Part shown: positions 1 through 9,766 of the stretch, piece after piece
Layout of the letters: every line of letters begins with the position of its first letter
How positions within the stretch are numbered: the stretch's first letter is position 1
Assembly (NCBI GenBank): GCA_028866935.1
Contig: JAGWHH010000002.1
Coordinates: forward strand, 1-46,464
DNA: 46,464 nt
Direction: 5' to 3'
Origin: Candidatus Micrarchaeota archaeon
GTDB taxonomy: Archaea > Micrarchaeota > Micrarchaeia > Micrarchaeales > CABMGC01
Position numbers and translations under genes: made by a program
The notes under the pieces: model-generated
Database searches by the model: none
The model's input: the letters and a program-made list of their open reading frames with translations, nothing else
Told to the model about the DNA's origin: nothing

Positions 1-28
1 GCTTCTTAGGATAATTAGCATTGCGTTA

Positions 29-412
29 TTGCTGAATAACGATTATTCAATCGAAGCAAACACACTATTGCCATATGTTCTCAATGCAATTTCTAGGCAG
101 CCTACTATTCAAGAGAAGCAAAACGTTAATTTAAGCAGGGACGGATATAGGATCTTGTCCAGACGGATAATAAGCCTCATTTCAATAAACAAAAAGCTAA
201 GCAAAGAGTTTGATTTGATATATCGGGATTTTTTGAAGACTGCAGCTGCACTCGTATCAACAAAATACATCTCAAATACGAATTTTAATCAAATATGCGA
301 GGAAACCGGCCTGAGCCAAAAACAAGTCTCTGAAACAATAGAATACCTAAAGAAAAATGGAAATAAACTGATTTTCAACTCGAAAGGAAACTTTGACATA
401 GTGAAAGTATGA
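29..412 (+). CDS. hypothetical protein (possible C-terminal winged-helix); the frame stays open to the window edge, so it may be 5'-truncated here
   Basis: 127-aa ORF from a TTG. An ATGA stop/start overlap with the next ORF at 409-412 suggests an operon. No catalytic motif recognised. Confidence 0.4.
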   Translation: MLNNDYSIEANTLLPYVLNAISRQPTIQEKQNVNLSRDGYRILSRRIISLISINKKLSKEFDLIYRDFLKTAAALVSTKYISNTNFNQICEETGLSQKQVSETIEYLKKNGNKLIFNSKGNFDIVKV

Positions 413-861
413 AAAGCGAGATTCTTAATACAGCAATTGGCTTTATTCCAATACTTCTCGGGCTGGCAGTTCTATTATTATCAAGGTCAATAACACTAAT
501 CACACCAAAAATCCAAATAGAAACTTCTAGCATAGAAAGTCTAATAGAAACTGATACGTTCGGATACGAAGAAGCGCAAACTGAGACCGTCTCTTTAATT
601 AAAGACCTTCTTATCGTAAAAGGTAAGTTGCCAAAAAGCAGGAACATCAAACTTTTAAAGTATGCAATCAAAAATGCCGGCATAATAACTTGCCAAAGCT
701 TTCAAGATAAGCAAACGCCGACTTTGCTTAAAACCAAGAAAATTATCCTCCTGTTTAGGGATCAAAGGCTAGTAACCCGCCTATTCGCTTCGCCATCTTC
801 CCTATCAGGTATACTTTTGACATATCATATTGATGGAAATCTTAATTTGGTAACTTCATGA
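409..861 (+). CDS. hypothetical protein with N-terminal transmembrane anchor
   Basis: 150-aa ORF with an N-terminal hydrophobic helix (AIGFIPILLGLAVLLL). ATGA overlaps at both ends (409-412, 858-861). Confidence 0.4.
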   Translation: MKSEILNTAIGFIPILLGLAVLLLSRSITLITPKIQIETSSIESLIETDTFGYEEAQTETVSLIKDLLIVKGKLPKSRNIKLLKYAIKNAGIITCQSFQDKQTPTLLKTKKIILLFRDQRLVTRLFASPSSLSGILLTYHIDGNLNLVTS

Positions 862-1049
862 GCATAGAAGGCACTGCACTGTTCATAACAAAATTGGGTG
901 CACTGATTTGTAGCGTCTATATTCTAGCAATGCTGATATTTGACTGGTTGGGCACGCAGAACAAAAACGGCATAAAGAAAGTATTGGCGTTTTTTATTTT
1001 GTTTCTGTCAACTTCCCTGTTTTATATACTGATTGTATGGCATATCTAG
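858..1049 (+). CDS. small hypothetical membrane protein (2 predicted TM)
   Basis: 63-aa ORF with two hydrophobic stretches, translationally coupled to the upstream ORF. Confidence 0.35.
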   Translation: MSIEGTALFITKLGALICSVYILAMLIFDWLGTQNKNGIKKVLAFFILFLSTSLFYILIVWHI

Positions 1050-1288
1050 ACGAAGTTCTTAACGGCTGGCCAATACAAGGTAAGCCAGCATCATGCATTA
1101 TGATATCTAACGCATCAGTGACAGCTGCAATACTTGCAACCATATTTGTAAACGCGAAACTAATCGCCATAATTTCAGTTGTAATTTCTCTGGTTACGAT
1201 AAAATCCGCCCAAAATACAAGACATATTAAGGTATCAATGATAAACCTGGTGACACTGTGGACACTTTTATTAATACTTATTTTATGA
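1037..1288 (+). CDS. small hypothetical membrane protein
   Basis: 83-aa hydrophobic ORF co-directional with its neighbours. It competes with an antisense ORF at 994..1308; the + strand is preferred because of the operon context. Confidence 0.3.
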   Translation: MAYLDEVLNGWPIQGKPASCIMISNASVTAAILATIFVNAKLIAIISVVISLVTIKSAQNTRHIKVSMINLVTLWTLLLILIL

Positions 1289-1336
1289 AATCTCCAAAGC
1301 CTAAGCATTTAAAGAATACCTTGCGAATATACTATC

Positions 1337-2206
1337 ATGAAGTTTCAAAGCGCAATGGAGTATCTCTCCACCTACGGTTGGGCTGTGCTAGCAATTTTCA
1401 TAGCGCTTGTTGCACTCTATGCCTTTGGCGCTTTCAACGGAAATACTTACGCACCAAAAGCCTCTCCAGGATCATGCACTGTATCAAAGAACACCTTTGG
1501 GACTCCAACTTTGTCTGGCGTATGCACAAGCCAAATCCCCCAGTTTGTCGCATCTTTTAGCGGCAACGGCGGTATTAGCGTAAACACAATGCTTGTAGCT
1601 CCTACAGCAACACAGTTCTCCGAATCCTCATGGGTGTACTTCACCAAGTTACCTTCAGTGAGCGGAACAGGATATGGGATTGCAGGCGAAGGCGTCTCAC
1701 CTTACTGCAATACAGGAGGCGTTTACTGCTTTGGGATATATCTGGCAAGTGCAAGCCCATACCTCTTTTTTGGTTTTGATGGCTGCGGCAACATTAACAC
1801 TGGCGGCTCATTCACTTTTGCCAAGAACACCTGGTATAATCTAATCGCCACATTTGGAAGTACAAGCACAATCTACGTAAACGGAAAAGCATATGCTTCA
1901 GGCACAGGGGTCGCTATGTGCAATTACAATGTAAATTTCAACATAGGTTCTGATGGCGGCGGCGATTATTTCGATGGTTACATGTCAAACGTTCAACTAT
2001 ACAACACTACCTTATCTGCAGCCAGCGTACAAGCATTATACAATGAAGGAATAGGCGGAGCCCCAATAGACCTACAGGACCTTGTTGGATGGTGGCCCCT
2101 TAACGGTGACACAAAGGATTACTCAGGAAACGGGAATAGCGGCTCAGCCAGCGGAGTGAGCTTTATTAGCAGCTGGTATAATACGTACGCCCCTCCAGGA
2201 TCCTAG
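1337..2206 (+). CDS. archaeal type IV pilin-like protein (class III signal peptide) with LamG/concanavalin-like domain
   Basis: The N-terminus MKFQSAMEYLSTYGWAVLAIFIALVALY matches the archaeal class III signal peptide and hydrophobic pilin helix. The body has LamG_3-like motifs (ASFSGNGG, SSWVYF, WYNLIATFGSTSTIYVNGK, FDGYMSNVQLYNTTLSAASVQALY). It is a tandem paralog of the next gene. Confidence 0.75.
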   Translation: MKFQSAMEYLSTYGWAVLAIFIALVALYAFGAFNGNTYAPKASPGSCTVSKNTFGTPTLSGVCTSQIPQFVASFSGNGGISVNTMLVAPTATQFSESSWVYFTKLPSVSGTGYGIAGEGVSPYCNTGGVYCFGIYLASASPYLFFGFDGCGNINTGGSFTFAKNTWYNLIATFGSTSTIYVNGKAYASGTGVAMCNYNVNFNIGSDGGGDYFDGYMSNVQLYNTTLSAASVQALYNEGIGGAPIDLQDLVGWWPLNGDTKDYSGNGNSGSASGVSFISSWYNTYAPPGS

Positions 2207-2242
2207 CGATCATTTATATATCCTAATTTGAAATTCATTATC

Positions 2243-3139
2243 ATGAAGTTTCAAAGCGCAATGGAGTATCTTACTACATATGGTCTGGCAATATTCGCGA
2301 TACTCATCGCTCTAATACTCCTGTATGGGCTTGGTGTTTTTAGCGGAAGCAACTATGTACCTAAAGCCTCTCCAGGATCCTGCATTGTGCAGAAAAACTC
2401 CTACGGCGGCTCTTCATTAAGGGGCGACTGCTTAGGTGCCATACCTGAATATGCTACAGCGCTAAGTGGGGCGGGCTCTGTGACAATCAGTTCATTTACG
2501 GCCATAAACGAGATAGACAACGGCCAGCCATTCTCAGTTAGTGCATGGATCTATCCCACGTCATTTACAACGTGCGAGAACAATGTTTTATCATCATCTG
2601 TCGGAGGCGTTTCAAGTTTCACCAACCTCTTTTCATTCGGAGTGACAGGCATAGGCAATACTGGCGGTATTACGTGGGGCCCGCCAAGAATCATGTTTGA
2701 GCTATGGGATTCCACTCATAACCAGAACACTCTAATGGGAGCAACTACTCTTAACCCAAACAACTGGTATTTCATAGCTGGAACATACAGTGGCAGTAGT
2801 GTTACACTTTATCTAAATGGGCAGCAAGACAATACCTTTGCGTTCGGCGTAACCAATTCAGGGTCAATTCCGCTGACTATCAATAAGGGCTACGGCTTCT
2901 GTAATGGCCATATCAACGGTATAGTATCAAATATTCAGATTTACAACGCATCTTTATCATCAAACAGCATACTGGCTCTTTATAAGGAAGGAATAGGCGG
3001 ATCTCCTATAGATCTGCAGAATATAATAGGATGGTGGCCCCTTAACGGCGATACCAAGGATTACTCTGGAAATAACGGCAACGGGGTTGGAACTAATCTG
3101 GCGTTTGTCAATGATTATCCTCTACCGCCCTCATCATAA
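2243..3139 (+). CDS. archaeal type IV pilin-like protein with LamG-like domain (paralog of 1337..2206)
   Basis: The ATG at 2243 gives the same MKFQSAMEYL N-terminus; the track ORF starts at an upstream TTG (2228). It has the same architecture and a near-identical C-terminal WWPLNGDTKDYSGN segment. Confidence 0.75.
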   Translation: MKFQSAMEYLTTYGLAIFAILIALILLYGLGVFSGSNYVPKASPGSCIVQKNSYGGSSLRGDCLGAIPEYATALSGAGSVTISSFTAINEIDNGQPFSVSAWIYPTSFTTCENNVLSSSVGGVSSFTNLFSFGVTGIGNTGGITWGPPRIMFELWDSTHNQNTLMGATTLNPNNWYFIAGTYSGSSVTLYLNGQQDNTFAFGVTNSGSIPLTINKGYGFCNGHINGIVSNIQIYNASLSSNSILALYKEGIGGSPIDLQNIIGWWPLNGDTKDYSGNNGNGVGTNLAFVNDYPLPPSS

Positions 3140-3855
3140 GTAAGGAACCTTGTCAATAATTCCGCTACTTTTTCCGCAGTGCCATAATGCGGAGTGTGCT
3201 TTGCGTTTATCATATCCAACACGCTCCCCTTTATGAGCCTATGAAAACTATCTGCATAGGCCGGGCTTATTAGGTCATCTCCACTGCCCCATACTATCAA
3301 GCATTTACATTTTATCATGCTCAAAACACCTGCATCAAGCAACATACCTGAATTATCTGCATTAAGAGTACTCCTAAGGACGTACTCCCTTGGATTTAGC
3401 GTCAATGCCCTCTTTACCATGTGCTCTATGTATCCTGTGTTGTAAATTTTCCTGTTCTCCATAAATTCGCGCAGCCCTGAAGGAGATTCCAACACGAGCC
3501 CTTCAGCATCATTATATGCCGCATAATATGCAGCAAGCCATCCACCATAAGAATGTCCGAATAATACTGTGGGCCTACCTACTGCCCTCTTTATGAAATC
3601 ACATAAGATTTCGTATTGCATTTTTAATGTATATTCGATTTTTGGAGCCTCTGACATGCCATGCCCGATTAAATCTACCAGGTAAATGTCAAGGGAATCT
3701 GGCAGAAACTCCACAAGACGTGTCCAGCTCTTCACACTAGCAGCCAATCCATGCAAGAATACAATTGGCGTAGTGTTTCCATCATGATGCTTGTAATGTA
3801 ATTTGCCGTATTTAGTCTCAAAAAATGCACTATCAAAATCAGCGTCTATATTCAT
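3115..3855 (-). CDS. alpha/beta-fold hydrolase
   Basis: HGLAAS oxyanion region, GHSYGG nucleophile elbow and a C-terminal His region. 246 aa. Confidence 0.8.
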   Translation of the reverse strand: MNIDADFDSAFFETKYGKLHYKHHDGNTTPIVFLHGLAASVKSWTRLVEFLPDSLDIYLVDLIGHGMSEAPKIEYTLKMQYEILCDFIKRAVGRPTVLFGHSYGGWLAAYYAAYNDAEGLVLESPSGLREFMENRKIYNTGYIEHMVKRALTLNPREYVLRSTLNADNSGMLLDAGVLSMIKCKCLIVWGSGDDLISPAYADSFHRLIKGSVLDMINAKHTPHYGTAEKVAELLTRFLTYDEGGRG

Positions 3856-3906
3856 AATCCGTCATTTGTCTAGAAATATTATATAGTTTCACAAGAAAAT
3901 CATATT

Positions 3907-4812
3907 ATGATATATAAGAAGTTAGGAAGGACCGGAGAAAAGATTCCGGCCATAGGCATGGGCACATGGAAACTGGGTGCCAATCCAGAAGATGAAATAC
4001 ACGCAATAAGAGAAGGCATAAGGCTAGGAATGAACTTTGTGGATACTGCAGAAATGTATCATACAGAGCAGATCGTAGGAGAGGCGCTAAAAGGCCAAGA
4101 CGACGTTTTCGTTGCGACAAAGGTATCGCCAGACCATTTGCGCTACAAGGATGTAATAAAAGCGTGCGATCAAAGCCTAAAGACCATGGGAATTAAGACA
4201 ATAGATCTATACCAGATACATTGGCCAAATCCAAACATCCCCATATCGCAGACAATGCAGGCAATGGAGCGTCTTGTAAAAGAGGGCAAGATTAGGCATA
4301 TCGGTGTTAGCAATTTTTTGCCAGAAGAGTTAGTAGAAGCGCAGGAAGCGATGAAGTCCAATGAAATAGTGTCAAACCAGGTCGAATACAGCGTACTTGC
4401 CAGGGATATTGAAAAGGAGCTGCTGCAAATCTGCACCAAGGCCGGAATAACTGTAATCGCATATAGCCCTCTTGCAAGAGGGTCCGTTTACAATGGCAAG
4501 GACAAGGCATTTAGCATACTTGACAAAATTGCTAAGAAGCATAACAAGACAATAGCCCAAGTCTCACTGAGTTGGGTAATTGAAAAGGAAGACGTGATAG
4601 CAATACCAAAGACGGCAAGCCCAGATCACATGGCTGAGAATGCCAGCGCCAGCGAATTTAAGCTTGATAAAGAGGACCTTGAGCAAATAGATAGCATTCG
4701 GACAGGTTTCATGCCGATATCAAGAAGGCTTAACCGCTTTACCAAGAGAACAAGCATATTGTGGTCAAAGTTAATGGAAAAAAGGGAGAGTCTCAGAAAG
4801 TTCAAAATCTAA
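3907..4812 (+). CDS. aldo/keto reductase family oxidoreductase
   Basis: GMGTW..G start, DTAEMY, and the HWP and IGVSNF motifs typical of AKRs. Confidence 0.85.
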   Translation: MIYKKLGRTGEKIPAIGMGTWKLGANPEDEIHAIREGIRLGMNFVDTAEMYHTEQIVGEALKGQDDVFVATKVSPDHLRYKDVIKACDQSLKTMGIKTIDLYQIHWPNPNIPISQTMQAMERLVKEGKIRHIGVSNFLPEELVEAQEAMKSNEIVSNQVEYSVLARDIEKELLQICTKAGITVIAYSPLARGSVYNGKDKAFSILDKIAKKHNKTIAQVSLSWVIEKEDVIAIPKTASPDHMAENASASEFKLDKEDLEQIDSIRTGFMPISRRLNRFTKRTSILWSKLMEKRESLRKFKI

Positions 4813-4881
4813 TGGGCTCTCTAAAAAAGCAACGTTTTTTATTAATTTATCCTTATTATACGTTACTTAGGTATTGGTGGA

Positions 4882-5628
4882 ATGGCAAGTTTAACTGAAA
4901 TAGCAGCATACGTCTCAGCTCTGCTCACAGTCCTGATATTCGGTATAGTTGGCACTTATATACTTGGCCAGCATGGCGGCTTCAATGTAAGGATAAACAG
5001 CATACTTGATGCTGCATATTTCACCATAGTCACAATGAGCACCATAGGCTACGGTGACATATATCCAGTAACACCAACAGCTAAATTATTTGTCATTGTA
5101 CTAATAATAGTAGGACTGGGAGTATTCCTGGGAGCAGTTGCAGCCATAACTGGTGAATTCATGAATAGAAGAATAGAAAATTTGTCTGGTAGATTAGGTT
5201 CATTCGAAAAAAGACTGATGAACAAGCACATAATACTGATAGGGTCAAATACGACAAACACATACCTTGCCGAAAAGCTTTCGGAAAGAAATGAGAAGTT
5301 CATAATGATAACAAACGATCCAACCACTTCAGAGCATCTTAAGAGGCTAGGGTACCGTGCATATGTGGCCGACTCAACTTCTGTTGTGGATATGAAGGAG
5401 TTCGAGCCGAGCAAAGCAAAGGCGCTGGTAATAGACCTGAAGGATAGTTCAAGGGCGATTTACGCATTGCTGGTCGCCAAGGAGCTTGCCGGATCATCAA
5501 AAATTGTCGTAATAGCACCAACAAAAGACGCAGAGCACCACTTAAGGAATATAGCTGCCGGAAGAGCCTTAGTGGTGAATCCCGCCGACATTGCCGCAAA
5601 GACGATAAGCGAATCAATTTTCAAGTAA
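4882..5628 (+). CDS. potassium channel (2-TM pore with TIGYGD filter) fused to an RCK/TrkA-like domain
   Basis: TMSTIGYGD selectivity filter between two hydrophobic helices, followed by a Rossmann-like C-terminal domain (HIILIGSN...). Confidence 0.8.
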   Translation: MASLTEIAAYVSALLTVLIFGIVGTYILGQHGGFNVRINSILDAAYFTIVTMSTIGYGDIYPVTPTAKLFVIVLIIVGLGVFLGAVAAITGEFMNRRIENLSGRLGSFEKRLMNKHIILIGSNTTNTYLAEKLSERNEKFIMITNDPTTSEHLKRLGYRAYVADSTSVVDMKEFEPSKAKALVIDLKDSSRAIYALLVAKELAGSSKIVVIAPTKDAEHHLRNIAAGRALVVNPADIAAKTISESIFK

Positions 5629-5649
5629 CTTGTATTTAAAAGTGTAATA

Positions 5650-6681
5650 ATGACTTTAGTGCTAAAGCTCAATCCATCAAATCCTGACAAAAAGAAGATA
5701 GGGATAGCTGCAAATGCAATAAAAGACGGAATGGTAGTAGTCTTCCCAACAGAGACAGTTTACGGCATAGGGGCCAATGCCCTGGACAGGCATGCGGTTG
5801 AAAAGATATTCAAGATAAAAGGAAGGCCCTCTGATAACCCATTGATAGTTCATGTATCAAGCGTCAAGATGGCAGAGAGCATCGCAGACATAGATCCAAA
5901 ATACATGGAAGCAATAAAGCGAATTTGGCCAGGACCCTTAACAATAATAGCAAAGGCCAAGAAATCAATTCCCAAAAACGTCACAGGCGGCTTAGACACT
6001 GTCGCAATAAGAATGCCTGACAACAAGATTGCGCTCAGCCTGATAAAAAGCAGCGGTTTACCAATTGCAGCTCCAAGTGCGAACATATCAAAGAAGCCAT
6101 CATCAACAAAAGCGGATCATGCAAGGGGCTATTTCAACGGAAAGGTGGACATAATAATCGACGGAGGGAGAACAAAATTTGGCATAGAATCTACCGTGAT
6201 AGACCTTTATAGAAAGGAAATACTGCGGCCCGGAGCTTTTACACAAGAAGAGCTAAAGAAAAGTTTCCATGCAGATTTTAAAGAAAAGAAAGGGGTCAAA
6301 GATGGGATCAGAAGCCCAGGAATGAAATATACTCACTATTCTCCTTCTACAAAACTTCTGCTTTTTACTGGAAATGCCTCTGAACTACCCAAAATAGCCT
6401 CTGGCTACACCTTCACATTTATCGGCTCCAAAGAGTCATCAAGATTCATGAAAGGGGTTTCAGCCAATACAATAATACTTGGCAGCCGCAAAGATCTAAA
6501 TGAGATAGCATCCAACTTATTCGAAGCCCTAATAAAATTGGACAGCATGCATTCAAAATTTGCAATAATAGAGGGCTTTCCAGAGCATGGCATGGGCTTT
6601 GCAATAATGAACAGGTTAAGAAAGGCAGCCAGAGGGAACTCCTTTAAGACAAAAACTGAATTTGATAAGTTAGTGAAGTGA
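5650..6681 (+). CDS. sua5: L-threonylcarbamoyladenylate synthase (Sua5/YrdC with Sua5 C-terminal domain)
   Basis: VVFPTETVYGIGANA, SAPSAN and ESTVID motifs. The 343-aa length fits the two-domain Sua5 form. Confidence 0.85.
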   Translation: MTLVLKLNPSNPDKKKIGIAANAIKDGMVVVFPTETVYGIGANALDRHAVEKIFKIKGRPSDNPLIVHVSSVKMAESIADIDPKYMEAIKRIWPGPLTIIAKAKKSIPKNVTGGLDTVAIRMPDNKIALSLIKSSGLPIAAPSANISKKPSSTKADHARGYFNGKVDIIIDGGRTKFGIESTVIDLYRKEILRPGAFTQEELKKSFHADFKEKKGVKDGIRSPGMKYTHYSPSTKLLLFTGNASELPKIASGYTFTFIGSKESSRFMKGVSANTIILGSRKDLNEIASNLFEALIKLDSMHSKFAIIEGFPEHGMGFAIMNRLRKAARGNSFKTKTEFDKLVK

Positions 6682-6697
6682 TTTCATCCCTATTAGA

Positions 6698-7150
6698 ATG
6701 ACGCTTGGGCATATTATAAAAGGCGACAAAATACTGCTAAAGGAAGCCACACGGGGGGTAAGCAAAGGAAAATGGAATGGGCCAGGCGGAAAGATAGACA
6801 AAGCCGAGACTCCAGAGCAATGCATGGTTAGGGAGGCTTACGAGGAGACCGGCCTAAAGATGGTCAAACCATTTTTCCATGGCAGGATGTTCTTCCATAT
6901 GGATGGCAAGAAGAATGTTGCAATTTTAGGCTACCTTTACTCTACAAAAAGATTCAATGGGAAAGTAAGATCAACAGAGGAAGGGCCGGTTAGATGGTTC
7001 AGCGTAAAGGAAATCCCATACGAGGGCATGTGGGATGATGATAAGGTTTGGATAAACCTTATGCTTGCAGGAAAAAGATTCGATGCGCACTTCTTTTATA
7101 ACAAGGGCAATGCCAAAATGATCAAGTGCATCATAACTCTGAAACCCTAG
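6698..7150 (+). CDS. NUDIX hydrolase
   Basis: Nudix box GPGGKIDKAETPEQCMVREAYEETGL. Confidence 0.8.
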   Translation: MTLGHIIKGDKILLKEATRGVSKGKWNGPGGKIDKAETPEQCMVREAYEETGLKMVKPFFHGRMFFHMDGKKNVAILGYLYSTKRFNGKVRSTEEGPVRWFSVKEIPYEGMWDDDKVWINLMLAGKRFDAHFFYNKGNAKMIKCIITLKP

Positions 7151-7545
7151 CCTATCTGCTCAAACTTGTAATGGTAATAAATAAGGCCCTCATCCCCGTC
7201 AACATACATCTTCCTGAACCTCACTCTTACCTTTCCTCCGATCTTCGGCTCAATTCCATTTTCTATTATGTGGCCCTCAACCATCGGACCTTCTTCAAGC
7301 TTAACTATTCCTATGTCATACGGGGCTTCGTCCTTGAATGTATCTGGCGGCACACGTATTTTGGTGAATGAATATATCTCTCCGTCTCCTTTGTACTGCT
7401 TCTCTACCATCTTGGATTTTCTCCCGCAGTTCCTGCATACAATTCGAGGAGGGAAGTAGTTCGCATTGCAATTTTCACAAGTATTCCCAACAAGGTTATA
7501 CCTGCTCCTTATCTTCCTCCATAAGCTTGCAGATGATCTTTCCAT
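7147..7545 (-). CDS. DUF35 OB-fold/zinc-ribbon protein (scaffold of the archaeal thiolase/HMG-CoA synthase complex)
   Basis: CENC..(x)..CRNCG zinc ribbon followed by an OB-like domain. It abuts the thiolase gene with no gap (7545/7546). Confidence 0.85.
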   Translation of the reverse strand: MERSSASLWRKIRSRYNLVGNTCENCNANYFPPRIVCRNCGRKSKMVEKQYKGDGEIYSFTKIRVPPDTFKDEAPYDIGIVKLEEGPMVEGHIIENGIEPKIGGKVRVRFRKMYVDGDEGLIYYHYKFEQIG

Positions 7546-8709
7546 TTAGTCAGCCCTCTTGTATATGTGTACCACAGCGGTTGACCCGCTGCCTCCAACA
7601 TTATGTGTCATCCCAACATTTGCTCCATTAACCTGCCTATCTTTGGCATCTCCCCTAAGCTGCCATACTATTTCAACTGCCTGCTTAACTCCAGTAGCTC
7701 CAACCGGATGGCCACAGCCCTTAAGCCCTCCGCTTGTGTTTACGGAGAGCTTGGAGTTAAGTGCAGTCTCTCCATCAAGAATTGCCTTTCCAGCCTTGCC
7801 CTTCTGATAGAATCCAAGATCTTCCATTGCGAGTATCTCCGCTATAGTGAAGCAGTCATGAACCTCTACCACATTTATGTCCTTTGGCTGCACCTTTGCC
7901 TGCTCGTAAGCCTTAGCCGCAGCGATTTTAGTTGCTTTTAGCTCTGTTATGCTGTCCCTTTCAGCAAGTCTTAGCGTATCCGTTGCCTGTGCGCTTGCAA
8001 CTATCTTTATCGGCGTATCGTTGAACTTCCTTGCCTTCTCAAGCGGCACAAGGACAACTGCCGCAGCCCCGTCTGATATCGGGGAGCAGTCAAGAAGCTT
8101 AAGCGGATCTGATACTATCTTGGAGTTAAGCACCTCATCGATGGTTATCTTCTTCCTGAACTGTGCGAATTGGTTTTTTACAGCATTATCGTGATTCTTT
8201 ACTGCAACGCTTGCAAGCATCTCTTCCGTAGTGCCATAATCGTGCATGTGTCTGTTTGCAATAAGCGCATAAAGTCCCGGGAACGTTATTCCTTGGAAGA
8301 GTTCCCATTCCTGGTCTCCTGCGCCGCCAAGCGCTGTGCTGGCTTCTGATGAAGTAACATCAGTCATCTTCTCCACTCCGCCTACAACAACCACATCGTG
8401 TATCCCGCTAGCTACTGCTATGTATCCCTGCCTAAGCGCGCTTCCACCGCTTGCGCATGCGTTTTCAATTCTTACCGCAGGTATGTTCTTGAATCCAAGC
8501 TGGTCTGCCATAAGCGCTGCAACGTGCTCCTGGCCAGTGAACCTGCCAGGCGCCATTGTACCCCCGTAAAGCATCTCAACGTCGTTGCTTGTGATCTTTG
8601 CATCCTCAAGCGCCATGATCCCTGCCTCTGCCATCAGCTCCTTAAGCCCGGAGCTCCATCTCTCCCCGAACTTTGTTAGTCCTACTCCTACTATGGCAAC
8701 GTCTCTCAT
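7546..8709 (-). CDS. acetyl-CoA C-acetyltransferase (archaeal thiolase)
   Basis: NACASGG active-site Cys region and CGHPVGATG near the C-terminus. 387 aa. Confidence 0.9.
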   Translation of the reverse strand: MRDVAIVGVGLTKFGERWSSGLKELMAEAGIMALEDAKITSNDVEMLYGGTMAPGRFTGQEHVAALMADQLGFKNIPAVRIENACASGGSALRQGYIAVASGIHDVVVVGGVEKMTDVTSSEASTALGGAGDQEWELFQGITFPGLYALIANRHMHDYGTTEEMLASVAVKNHDNAVKNQFAQFRKKITIDEVLNSKIVSDPLKLLDCSPISDGAAAVVLVPLEKARKFNDTPIKIVASAQATDTLRLAERDSITELKATKIAAAKAYEQAKVQPKDINVVEVHDCFTIAEILAMEDLGFYQKGKAGKAILDGETALNSKLSVNTSGGLKGCGHPVGATGVKQAVEIVWQLRGDAKDRQVNGANVGMTHNVGGSGSTAVVHIYKRAD

Positions 8710-8713
8710 GGTA

Positions 8714-9757
8714 TCAAGTCTTCTTTATCGAGTCCCTGTCCTTAAGGTATTCAGAATAATCAATATACTTCTTGTGTTTCTCTATTATGCTTCTTACAAG
8801 GTCCAAGCGGCTGCGCTTTGATTCTATGCCCTCAGTAACTTCGATTGCAAAGGAATCGCTTCCTGCGCCGGATCCAAAGCTTGTCACAAGTATCTTCTGG
8901 CCAGGTTTTGCTATGTCAAGTGTTGCAGCAAGCCCAAGCATTGACGATCCTGAATAGGTATTGCCGATTATCGGCGTAAGCAGCCCAGGCTCAATCTGCT
9001 TCATATCAAAGCCAAGCTGCGTTGAAACGTTTATAGGGAACTTTCCATTCGGCTGGTGGAATACTGCATAGTCAAAGTCAGAAGGCTTCAATCCGGTTTC
9101 CTCAAACAGCATCTTTGTAGCGCCAGTTATGTGCCTGAAATACCCAGGCTCCCCAGTGAAGCGCCCGCCGTGGGACGGAAAGCTTGCACCCTCCCTTCTC
9201 CAGAAGTCCGGAGTGTCCGAAGTGTAGCTTACCGTCTTTATTATATTAGCAATAACATCGTTTTTGCCGATTATGAATGCCGCCCCTCCAGCACTTGCAG
9301 TGTACTCAAGCGCATCCCCTGGCCTGCCCTGCGATGTGTCGCTGCCTACAGACATTCCATACTTTATCATTCCGCTGTCAACAAGCCCCATTGCCATCTG
9401 TATTCCTGCGGTGCCTGCCTTGCATGCAAACTCCAAGTCAGCGCACATTACCTTGTTTCCTGCCTCTATGGCCTGTGTAACAACAGTTGCAGTAGGTTTT
9501 ACTGCGTAAGGATGTGACTCTGATCCAACATACACTGCGCCTATCTCAGTTGCCTTTATGCCTGCATGCTTTACAGCGCGCCTTGCAGCCTCAACGGCTA
9601 TGGTAGCAGCGTCCTCATCTCTAGACGGGACGCTCTTCTCTTTAATATTAAGCCCTTTCTTTATGCTCTCAGCGTCCTCTCCCCATATCCTTGCAATGTC
9701 CTCTGTCTTTATCCTGTATATGGGTACATGGGCGCCGTATCCTACTATTCCAGACAT
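8714..9757 (-). CDS. hydroxymethylglutaryl-CoA synthase
   Basis: Archaeal HMGCS-like sequence (EFACKAGT active-site Cys, [15 protein letters not shown]). 347 aa. Confidence 0.9.
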   Translation of the reverse strand: MSGIVGYGAHVPIYRIKTEDIARIWGEDAESIKKGLNIKEKSVPSRDEDAATIAVEAARRAVKHAGIKATEIGAVYVGSESHPYAVKPTATVVTQAIEAGNKVMCADLEFACKAGTAGIQMAMGLVDSGMIKYGMSVGSDTSQGRPGDALEYTASAGGAAFIIGKNDVIANIIKTVSYTSDTPDFWRREGASFPSHGGRFTGEPGYFRHITGATKMLFEETGLKPSDFDYAVFHQPNGKFPINVSTQLGFDMKQIEPGLLTPIIGNTYSGSSMLGLAATLDIAKPGQKILVTSFGSGAGSDSFAIEVTEGIESKRSRLDLVRSIIEKHKKYIDYSEYLKDRDSIKKT

Positions 9758-9766
9758 TTTTTCACA

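Noticed and set aside
994-1308. 104-aa minus-strand ORF opposite the small membrane-protein ORFs
   Set aside because: The plus-strand ORFs form a chain of overlapping start/stop junctions leading into the pilin genes and are hydrophobic in a TM-like pattern. The minus ORF is isolated. Confidence is low either way.
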